A stretch of 60,908 bases of DNA from Thermoplasmatota archaeon. Its GTDB lineage: Archaea > Thermoplasmatota > E2 > UBA202 > DSCA01. Location of the stretch: positions 8,144 through 69,051 of the forward strand of contig JAYEJS010000114.1 in the NCBI GenBank assembly GCA_034660695.1, written 5' to 3'. The position numbers and the translations under genes are program-made. Below, piece after piece: positions 48,029-57,100 of this stretch. Under the pieces are notes generated by a model. It was not told the origin of the DNA. It ran no database searches and saw only the letters and a program-made list of their open reading frames with translations. Positions within the stretch are counted from its first letter, which is position 1. Each line of letters opens with the position of its first letter.

Positions 48029-49236
48029 TGGCACCGGATGCAATAAAATGGCTGGAAAAATTGAAGGGCAGGGGGATAAATCTCGGGCTGGAAAGAATGG
48101 AAAAAGTGATGGCCGCATTTCCTTTAAATTATAAAGTTATACACGTTGGAGGGACTAATGGGAAGGGTTCGGTATGCCAGTTTATCGGAAGGATTTTGCA
48201 AGAAGAGGGTTATAGGGTCGGAATTTATTTGTCCCCCCATATCGAAAGAATCAATGAACGCATAACTATCAATAGCAAGGAAATAAGTGATGAGGAAATG
48301 TCCGAAATTGCCGGCATGCTGATGAAGAGAGATGAAGGGCTTACATTTTTTGAAGCCATGACTGCCATAGCACTGATATACTTTAGAGGGAAGGTCGATT
48401 TTGCCGTCCTGGAAGTGGGGATGGGCGGCGGGTATGATGCCACAAACATTGTCAATGCTTCCATAACCGCGATAACAAACGTTTCCATGGAGCATGGACA
48501 TTACTTGGGAAAAAATATCGGGGCGATAGCATCTGAAAAAGCGGGGATTATAAAAGGCGATGCAGTGATTACAGCATGCCGTGGGATAGCACTGGATGTC
48601 ATAAAGAAAAAGGCTGAAGAGTGCAACGTTTTACTATATGCAATTGGCAGAGATGTAAAATGGGAGCGCATATCTCCGAGAAAGTTTTTAATTAAAAGCA
48701 ACAGACAATATGAAATTGAAACACACCTGGACGGCATGTTTCAGGGAGAAAATATTGCTATAGCTGTCAAAATTGCGGAGCTGCTCGGCATCGGAAAAAA
48801 AAGCATAGTAAAAGGGATTAAAAAAGCAAGATTGCCGGGAAGAATGGAGAGGATAGGGCAATTTTTGCTGGACGGGGCGCACAATCCGGAAGCAATGAAA
48901 TCATTAAATGAGTCAATAAAAGATTTTGATTACAACCGCCTTTTCATCGTATTCGGAGTCATGAAAGATAAGGATGTGCGTTCAATAATAAAATTCCTTC
49001 CAGAAGGACTTATCATAGCTACAAGCATAGGGGGAGAGAGGGCGGCAGATGCAAACAAACTTGCCATCATGCTTGAAAAAGATGGGAGAAAATGCATTAA
49101 AACAAAAAATGTTCGTCATGCCATAAAAAAGGCGAAAGAGATGGCAGATGAAAATGACATGATATGCATAACGGGCTCTCTCTACCTGGTGGGAAAAGTA
49201 AGGGAAATTTTGATGACCGCACTTAACTTTCTTTGA
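48028..49236 (+). CDS. folC: Folylpolyglutamate synthase/dihydrofolate synthase (Mur ligase family)
   Basis: HVGGTNGKGSV P-loop, LEVGMGGGYDATN and DGAHNPEA. The gene has a 1-nt overlap with purN. Confidence 0.8.
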   Translation: MAPDAIKWLEKLKGRGINLGLERMEKVMAAFPLNYKVIHVGGTNGKGSVCQFIGRILQEEGYRVGIYLSPHIERINERITINSKEISDEEMSEIAGMLMKRDEGLTFFEAMTAIALIYFRGKVDFAVLEVGMGGGYDATNIVNASITAITNVSMEHGHYLGKNIGAIASEKAGIIKGDAVITACRGIALDVIKKKAEECNVLLYAIGRDVKWERISPRKFLIKSNRQYEIETHLDGMFQGENIAIAVKIAELLGIGKKSIVKGIKKARLPGRMERIGQFLLDGAHNPEAMKSLNESIKDFDYNRLFIVFGVMKDKDVRSIIKFLPEGLIIATSIGGERAADANKLAIMLEKDGRKCIKTKNVRHAIKKAKEMADENDMICITGSLYLVGKVREILMTALNFL

Positions 49237-49239
49237 TGC

Positions 49240-49996
49240 GTATACTGGTGGCACGCATCTCTCAGGGGGCAGAGAGCCCTTTTCTTCTATGTCCCCACTG
49301 GGCTATAACAGAAGTTGGAAAGCCGGTCATTCTCATCATGGCAGAAATGCCGCAACCATGTCTATCCCGGCAGTTCTATCCCCTCTTGCCAGAACAACGT
49401 CCCTTGTCTTTTTATTCAATGCCTTTTCCAGAATTGCCTGGCCATGCAGTCAAAAAAGCCCGTGTCCTTCAAAAATCTGATTTTATCACAATGACCTGAA
49501 TAGCGTATGGTCTTGTAATCCAACTCTCTATGTTTCCGGCAGGGTTGATGCGCCTCCGGACGTATAAAAAGCTTCCAGCTCTTCAAACCCCGGAAACAAT
49601 ATGTAAGGGATTCAACTTCTGCGGAAGTCCCCCCATCCTGATATGCATTTCTTGAGCATGTGATTTTTTGATGAGATACGAGGACAGTATATTGGTCATG
49701 CCGGGAGCGAGCCCGCAGTCCGGTACGATCATGCAGGGAAATCTCTTTCCCCACAATTTCAATGTTTCCGCCAAGGTCACAGAAATTCGTTTTGCATTTT
49801 ATCGCCGTTTTTGCTATACCGTAATTAAAGCCATTCTTCATTGCATCTTGAATTGCCCGCATCAACGTGCACAAAATCAACTTTACCGGAAAGCTGTAGC
49901 ATGTTTTTAATGCATTCCTCGCTCGACATCACTTCTTATAAGGTCATACGCGATGGCCAGGCCCATCTTCCCTCCGCCCAAAACAAGCGCATTCAT
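49240..49996 (-). pseudogene. Decayed saccharopine-dehydrogenase-family gene (multiple frameshifts and stops)
   Basis: The N-terminus MNALVLGGGKMGLAIAYDLIRSDVE (Rossmann) is followed by a stop. Homologous pieces continue in shifting frames: KVDFVHVDAGN, IQDAMKNGFNYGIAKTAIKCKTNFCDLGG, IVPDCGLAPGMTNIL, IRMGGLPQ, YKTIRYSGHCDKIRFLKDTGFF and GISAMMRMTGFPTSVIA. Confidence 0.7.
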
Positions 49997-50030
49997 TGTT
50001 ATCAATACTGCTTATCATTTTTTCTAAGTG

Positions 50031-50708
50031 CTACATGGAAAATGCTGCTGCAAGCTGAACGAAATTGAACGCAAAATGGGCAGAAAACGGGGCCAGGATA
50101 TTTTCATTTTTCATCATTATATAGCCCAGGGCAATGCCCAGCAGGAATGGAATGGCAATTTGAAGGGGATTTTTATATGACATGTGGGCAAGGCCGAATA
50201 GCAATGAAGAAAGGAATATTGCAAAAGGCTGGCCATATTTTGCCGTCCTCATCTGGATAAACGCCCGAAAGAAAGTCTCTTCGCTCAGCGCTGACAGGAA
50301 AGGAATGGCGAATAATAGGGGAAGATTAATATTTTCAACTATTTTTTCGGCCAGCTCATTCTCGGTCCCATATCCCATGGCTTGCAAAAAGTAGACAAAA
50401 GCAGTGATTATGAAAAGGAATATTACTGCCGTAAAAATTCCCACCATTACTGATTGGAATGCCCTTTCCTTTCTAAAATAAAGTCTTCGAGCGATTGCCT
50501 TCAATCCGCCCCCGTACAATACATAAATGCAGAGCATGGAGGAGCCAGCCATCACCACCAGGTTCATGACAAGGGAGAAGAATATCGTTGACGGGGTTAT
50601 AAACGATCCATTACCAATAGGTATTGATAATGATAAAATGGATAAGCCGTATATGTAGAAAAATGGAATGATTAGTATCATACCAGCCATAAGCTTTCTG
50701 TAATCCAT
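50031..50708 (-). CDS. CPBP-family (CAAX-type) intramembrane glutamic endopeptidase
   Basis: Motifs SEETFFRAFIQ, FGLAHM and SAHFAFNF occur in a polytopic membrane protein. Confidence 0.8.
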   Translation of the reverse strand: MDYRKLMAGMILIIPFFYIYGLSILSLSIPIGNGSFITPSTIFFSLVMNLVVMAGSSMLCIYVLYGGGLKAIARRLYFRKERAFQSVMVGIFTAVIFLFIITAFVYFLQAMGYGTENELAEKIVENINLPLLFAIPFLSALSEETFFRAFIQMRTAKYGQPFAIFLSSLLFGLAHMSYKNPLQIAIPFLLGIALGYIMMKNENILAPFSAHFAFNFVQLAAAFSM

Positions 50709-50826
50709 GAAGTTGTATTCATCACCTGTATTAAAAATTTTTATGATTACTTAAGCAGTGTTGCCGCCGTTTTTATCAGTAACCTATTTATTTTGTAGGA
50801 GTAGAAGCAGGTTATAAGTACAAAAG

Positions 50827-51754
50827 TCATAAAGTAACTATTTTTGTTGAATCTACAGCAAAATTCATTGCAAGATCGTATGCTATCACCTTTATTTCGT
50901 GCATACCCCCAGCATATTCATTAAGCGGCCATGTATAAGGGGCTACAGTATCATTAAATTGTAGCTCGTCATCAAAATAAAATGCAACAGCTGCTATACC
51001 TGTTTCAGCATCCGATGCTTCTGCTTCTATCGTTATTCCCCAAATGATTATTGGCATGAAAAACGGTAAAATTTTCCTATCTTTGAGATAGATTCCTCCA
51101 GACGGCGTGGTTATTTCAACATCTGGCGGATTATTATCTTCCTTGTCTGCCAGGGTCCACGTATAATTTGTATCACTGTATCCCATGCTGTCAGTTACAG
51201 TCAAGGTTACTTCATATCTTCCCATATTTGCGTAAGTATATGATGGATTTTGCTCATTACTGCTGCTCCCCATCCCCAAAATCCCAATGCCATTGATAGG
51301 GCCTATGCCCCCCATATGCAGACCCATGGAAATTTATAATTTTTCCGGCCCTTCCTTTATAGGGCCCGTTCGCATTTGCTAGCGGTCCGTCATAATACAA
51401 GGTTATATTATCAAATCCTTTTACACCAAGGCTGGTGCTCGCTACATAAACATCGACTTTATTCCATCCTGGGTAAAGAGATATATTTATGTAAAAGGAA
51501 AAATTTGTTTTATCATTGATTGGACTGGATTCACTGTAACTCCCATTATCCCATCTCCATGTCCATCCATACTCTGCTAGTGTGTCACCGCAGCATGCAC
51601 TGGCTACACAACGAATTGAAACATTTCTTTGGTGAAAAACAGTGCCATCTTCCGGCTCCACTATCTCAACACCTACTCCTGTAGCAATTCCATTAACATT
51701 TATCAAACTTGCTAGAACAAGGATGGAAATCATAATTAATACAAATTTTTTCAT
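50827..51754 (-). pseudogene. Secreted PKD-domain protein with the shared C-terminal module, interrupted by a +1 frameshift
   Basis: ORFs 51257-51754 (signal peptide ... YQWHWDFGDG) and 50827-51327 (SSSNEQNPSYTYANMGRYEVTLTVTD...) together form one PKD domain. The frames join at the G4 run (cccc on +, 51268-51271). Confidence 0.7.
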
Positions 51755-51824
51755 GTGAAGTTATATCTTTTGTATTTAAGGTCTTTTCGGTATTTCAGTG
51801 CTTCAAATGTAATGATATAAAAAA

Positions 51825-51944
51825 TGCGGGCGCCGGGATTTCCGAGCACACTTGCCTGGAAATGCAACTTGCCAAACAAGTTGTGATTCGAACCCGGGCA
51901 GCAAGCTTGGGAAGCTTGAATCTTGACCGCTAGATCACGCCCGC
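51825..51944 (-). tRNA. tRNA-Gly (anticodon CCC) with a 48-nt T-loop intron (59/60)
   Basis: Acceptor GCGGGCG/CGCCCGC plus A. D stem ATCT/AGAT. Anticodon stem CAAGC/GCTTG with loop TTCCCAA. T stem CCGGG/CCCGG is separated by 55 nt. The predicted intron is 51839-51886. Confidence 0.85.
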
Positions 51945-51983
51945 TCCAATGCTTATCCAAAAGCGATTTAAAAAAATATTGCA

Positions 51984-52093
51984 TGGGCCCGTCGAGATTT
52001 GAACTCGAGTCAATGGCTTTTTCTAACCTTCTCCCAAATCAGGTTATAAAGGTTGCCCGAAGCCACAAGGATACCAAGCTACCCCACGGGCCC
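51984..52093 (-). tRNA. tRNA-Pro (anticodon CGG) with a canonical 37-nt intron at 37/38
   Basis: Acceptor GGGCCCG/CGGGCCC plus A. Anticodon stem GTGGC/GCCAT with loop TTCGGG|intron|A. T arm is TCGAG-TTCAAAT-CTCGA. The intron is 52019-52055. Confidence 0.85.
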
Positions 52094-52144
52094 TTCCATG
52101 GAATAATGCATTTACTATTAAAAATTTGGTTATTTGATGGCAGC

Positions 52145-53401
52145 CTATGAAAATTTAAGGTCTGACGGTACATCGTCCTGGGTATAGACATTATCATTCC
52201 TGCCTGGAAGGATACTGAATATTGTTACATCAACTTCGTCACTAGCATTGTGACCCGCATTGTCAAACACCTTGATTTTTAGATTGTGCCTTCCAAATGC
52301 CATTCCCCATCTCCAAGTATATGGCGGTTCTGAGGTGTTGTATTTCATGTGATCGTCTATGTAAAATTTAACATCTTTTATTCCTGAATGCGTATCAGTT
52401 ACATTAGCTTCAACGGTTATTCTTCCGATAATAATTGTTTTATTTCCCAGTGTAGGCATGATAGACCTTCCAAAGAAATGAATATACCCCTTCGTCGGCG
52501 TTGTAATGGTTATGGTAGGGGATGTTTTATCTATTTTTATAGTGATTATGTTAACTGCCTCTACATTCCCTGCCTCATCAATGGAGTAATATTTCAGGAT
52601 GTTTTTCCCTTCATTGGAAATGACAAATTGGGTGGTGTAAGTCTTCCACGTACCATTATTTAGTAAATAGTACGTTTTGTCAACTCCAGATGTTGCATCG
52701 CTCGGCAGGAGGGTGATAGTGACATTGCTGATGTACCACCCATCATCCCCTTTTGTGCCGCCAATAGAAATGTTGGTTTTTGGCGCAACTGTATCTATGG
52801 TAATCTGGCAGGTATCCTCATCTTTTGCCCCATCGTTATCAGTAACATTTAGAGTGGCGGTGTAAATTCCGTCCTGACTATAGTTGTGTGTGACAACAGC
52901 ACCTGTTGCACTTCCTCCATCCCCAAAATACCATTTGTAGGTAACGATGGTTCCATCTGGGTCATTTGAGCCTGTACCGTCAAATGAAACCAGCGTATTG
53001 TTAACAACTTGGTCTGGACCTGCATCTGCCACCGGGGGGCGGTTGTGAATGGTTATGTGCTTTGAAGTAGAGTTCGTTGAGCCGTTGTTGTCGATGACTG
53101 TAAGTGTAACTGTATATATTCCATCATTTGAGTATGCATGAGTGGGATTTTGTATTATTGCATATGTCTCATCACCGAAACTCCACTCCCATGCAATTAT
53201 TTCTCCGTCTTCATCAACGCTATCGTCATAAAAATTTATTTCCTGATTGGTCTTAAGGTCATCGATTGGCTCCCAGTGAAAATCGACGCTGGGTGGAGTA
53301 TTTCCGTCCGTGGCTAGGGATGGAGATAAAAAAAAAGTCAAGATTAATATTGAAGTAAGCACAACTGCAAAAGAAGCTTTCTTACATTTTTTCACATGCA
53401 T
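52145..53401 (-). CDS. Secreted protein with two PKD domains, one GWY-type Ig-like domain and the shared C-terminal module
   Basis: A signal/anchor is followed by PKD signatures WEWSFGDETY...YTVTLTVIDNNG and YKWYFGDGG...YTATLNVTDNDG, then DGWYISNVTITLLPSD...YYSIDEAGNVE. The module lies at 52145-52522. Confidence 0.85.
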   Translation of the reverse strand: MHVKKCKKASFAVVLTSILILTFFLSPSLATDGNTPPSVDFHWEPIDDLKTNQEINFYDDSVDEDGEIIAWEWSFGDETYAIIQNPTHAYSNDGIYTVTLTVIDNNGSTNSTSKHITIHNRPPVADAGPDQVVNNTLVSFDGTGSNDPDGTIVTYKWYFGDGGSATGAVVTHNYSQDGIYTATLNVTDNDGAKDEDTCQITIDTVAPKTNISIGGTKGDDGWYISNVTITLLPSDATSGVDKTYYLLNNGTWKTYTTQFVISNEGKNILKYYSIDEAGNVEAVNIITIKIDKTSPTITITTPTKGYIHFFGRSIMPTLGNKTIIIGRITVEANVTDTHSGIKDVKFYIDDHMKYNTSEPPYTWRWGMAFGRHNLKIKVFDNAGHNASDEVDVTIFSILPGRNDNVYTQDDVPSDLKFS

Positions 53402-53531
53402 TTTTGCACCTTGATAATCAATATATTAAATTACTTTTTAAGTGTATCGATTGACATGTTTCAACAATTTCAATGACTTTAGTTCCATTCCCTTTTTATC
53501 GCTGCCACAATTTACGTTTTGTATAAAGACT

Positions 53532-53723
53532 ATGGATTATCCAAGGAAAACAGAGCTTTGGAAAGCATTGCCAAAAAAGGTAATGTACCAAACATTTTCT
53601 TTAATAATTGATTACCTTGAGGATTCTGGGAAAATTCTCATAGATAGTGATAGAAGAATAGTATGGATTTGGAATCCAGAGATAGTGAAGGAGATTTTGT
53701 CATCTGGGACTAAACTACGATGA
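53532..53723 (+). CDS. Small hypothetical protein (possible antitoxin partner of the downstream RelE-like gene)
   Basis: A 63-aa ORF starts at an internal ATG after tataaag. Its stop overlaps the next ATG (ATGA). No recognisable motif was found. Confidence 0.35.
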   Translation: MDYPRKTELWKALPKKVMYQTFSLIIDYLEDSGKILIDSDRRIVWIWNPEIVKEILSSGTKLR

Positions 53724-54062
53724 ATAACAGAGAAATCTATGTTTCTTTTATCACGCCAGAATTAGAACGAGAATATGAAAAATTAAAGGAAGGTAAAACG
53801 GAGGACAAAAATCTCTATAGATTAATTGGAAGAGCGATAAACGATTTAAAAAAAGATTTGGGATGTGGAATTAAAATCCCTAAGAGATTGTGGCCAAAAA
53901 AAATATGTCAGGGAATACAGAATAAACAATTTATGGAAATATGACCTTCCTAATGCATGGAGGCTAATTTATACGATTGTGGCAGATAAAGTAGTGATTG
54001 TAAACCTTATTTTGGAGTGGTTCCCCCATAAAGATTATGAGAGGAGATTTAAATACGGGTAA
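53720..54062 (+). pseudogene. RelE/ParE-superfamily-like toxin gene interrupted by a frameshift in an A8 run
   Basis: Frames 53720-53944 and 53865-54062 join across aaaaaaaa (53896-53903) to give ...IPKRLWPKKYVREYRINNLWKYDLPNAWRLIYTIVADKVVIVNLILEWFPHKDYERRFKY. The WRLIY...V.I..I..H..Y pattern is RelE-like. Confidence 0.45.
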
Positions 54063-54172
54063 GATAACATCTAATTATAAAACATGTTTATCACCCGCCG
54101 ACTTGGAAATGCCTGCATTCTAAAAAAACATAAATTAAAAAAATAAAAAAGGGGAAAGGGTGTTGTTGTGTT

Positions 54173-57100
54173 TTACAGTATCTTTATGTAGTCTACTGAG
54201 CCTGCATTGGCTGTGTTGCATGCCTTGTCCGTTACTGTTACTGTCAATGTATCGGTTCCGAATGGGAAGTAGAACGGTAGGTTGTATTCATATGGGCTTA
54301 CTGCATCTTCTACGCTTCCCTTGCTGGTGCTGAAGGTTACATATCCAACGCCAGATGTTGCATCGCTTGCTGTCGCTGTAGCAGTCAATCCACCGATTAT
54401 CAGTGCCTTGCTCTTGTCGAGTATCCTTGGCATGATCTGTCTTCCGAAGAAGTATATATACCCAGCTTCTGGTGAAGTTATGCTTCCAGTTGGTGCTGTC
54501 TTGTCTATCTTGAACGATACCGACTTGGCTGTTTCCTCGTTGCCGACTGCATCAACGCTGTAGTAGCTTATGGTATGCTCGCCATCAATGCCTATCGTGA
54601 TTGGTCCTGTATATGTAAGCCATGTTCCGCCATCTATGCTGTAGTATGTTGTTCCCATCTCGCGGTCAACTGCGGTCAACGTTACTGTGACATCACTTGT
54701 ATACCAGCCATTGCATCCATCAGGTTCTGGTGGATTTACAATTGCTGTTGTCACCGGAGCTTCTGTGTCTCTCTTGCCTGTTACTAAGATATCGTCTATC
54801 TGTATCGCACCAACATCTGTTTCATCGGATACAAGTCTCCATCGTATCAAAGCTTCGCCACCGGTGAATGGCGTCAGACTGATACCATAGTTATACGTGT
54901 ATCCAAGCGCCGGTAATGCTGACTGAGCAACCCATCCGCCGGAATCACCCTGGTATGTCGCTATTGTATTCCATGTTTCTCCGCCGTCAGTGCTTACTTC
55001 CACATACAGGAAGTCACCTGTCGCTATCACTGTGTAATTGGTATAGAACCTCAGCCATGCCTGGTAGACACCTGAGAGGTCTAGGTCCAGTATGAGCTTA
55101 TCGTCTGCATTGTTACGATAGTTCATGTAGCTGCTGTCATAGCCAAAGTACATTGCGGTAGTGTAGTGCCAGTATGCTGGTGGCAATCCCCAACCACTAA
55201 GGTTACACTGCGCCGGGTACAGCTGCTTGTTGTAGCTGCTGTATGTATATGGATCAAAGTTGGCTGCACAATGCTCGTCATCATCTGGATAACTGCATGT
55301 ATCCGATACGTGCCACATGCTTCCCGTCCACGGTTCAAGAGTATGCCACTTGCCCATGCCATCCTCGAAGTCATCTTCGAACAGGACTTCTTCTGTCCAT
55401 CTCCAAGGCTGGTCAGTACCATCGTATGGAACTGTTTCGTTGGTCAGGCTGACGAGTTCAATATTGTCTATGTATGCACCCTTGTACGCGTAACCACTGT
55501 CGCTCATGAAGTGGAAGCGGAAATGCATGTCCTCTGTTATGCTCACGTTGACATAAGATATGTTTATAAAGTACTCACAAGGTGGGTACGGATCAATGTA
55601 CGGACATGCGGGTACATACAGATTGTATGCTACTATGTAATCGGTTCCGTTGAACAGTTCCATGTCATAGTGTACCCATTCCTCCATGTTGTATCCATAA
55701 TTAGTCACGTTGTTCCAGTGAGCGATCGTCCACCAGTTATCGCCTGAATCGTTGCTGATTTCAAGTGTCAGATAATCCCAGTCGGTTTCTATTTCATTCC
55801 ACAGGTCAAATCTCAATTGTGCCATTACCATATCAGTTAAGTCAAATGCCAAAATACCGTCTCCATCCGCAGGCACAACGAGGTCGTTCCTGTTATTATC
55901 GTACGAGTTTTCATATGAGTCATCTCCGTCACCAGTATAAAGGAAATGATTCAACTGCCATCCCGGAGCGCCGTCATCGCAAATAACCCACTGTCCCGGC
56001 TCGCCAAATGTATTATCATGAGTGCTCCATTCCGATCCGAATTCACCTACATCACCCATCCAACCGCCGCCTTCAAAGTCTTCATCATAAAGTTCCGTGT
56101 AAATGTACAGATTACTGCCCTGTGCCTCATCGTTGTACATGTATCCAAGGTCTGGATCTCCCTTGAAGTGCGTATTCCAGTCGTCTTCAACGTGTGTTTT
56201 AACTACAGGGGTATAATCGCAATAGTCGCAAGCGTTCCACAGAATGGTCAGCTCGTCGGATTGTTCACCGGGTTCGAGGGTTTCATACATCATATCGCTG
56301 CTCCATATTGTTTCTCCCAGACCGGCTCCCCAGAGCTGGACATCATCGACATACAATCCGCTCCACGGCTCATCAGGATAGTTGTTGTTTGCGTCACCGG
56401 TTGCCATTGCCCAGAAGAATGCTATCTTCCCATCAGCATCGTATCCAATGCTTCTGAGCCACGTCATAAGGTCAGGTTCAGTGGTTTCCGGTCCCGCAGT
56501 AATGATAATTGGATACCATGGGTTACCTGGATGTACTGCATTGTAACCCGAAATTTCTCCTGGGGTGTTAGTGCTTTCAACTGGAAGCCAGCCACCACTG
56601 GTTCCGGATGTAGCTGTACTTGAGAGGAACAAATAGATGCCTGCATCAGTTATAACACCGAAGTACCACTTATCAGAGTATCCTGGATCGAAGTGGCCTG
56701 TATAACCTGGACTTGGACCTAACTCATTGTTGATATTGAAGTTTACCCAATAGTTAAGGTGCGTTGTCGTCACACCGATATACTCATTCATGTCTATTTC
56801 CGGTGTTCTGAAAGCACAGTACATATTGCTGCCGTAGTAACCTTCATTCTGGTCGGGACAGACCGCATCACCGAAGTACCATGCATTTGTTCCGGAGTGG
56901 GCAAGCATCTCTGTTTCTACATGCGGCAGGACACAATTGGGATTGGCAAAGTAACCTATCTCATATCCCTGGTCGAGGTAATAATCGGTATCTCCCTGCT
57001 CATAATCATCGTAGAAGACATTTTCAACTGCCGTTTTGTGCACTTCTATCTGGTATGGTATTGGCTCTTCTATTGTTCCCTCATTGGCAACGACATAAGA

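Noticed and set aside
49416-49880. ORFs 49416-49880 and 49583-49780 as separate small genes
   Set aside because: They are consecutive frame-shifted pieces of one saccharopine-dehydrogenase-family pseudogene.
51751-52150. ORFs 51751-51984 (-) and 51923-52150 (+)
   Set aside because: They overlap tRNA-Gly and tRNA-Pro and are artefacts of the GC-rich tRNA sequence.
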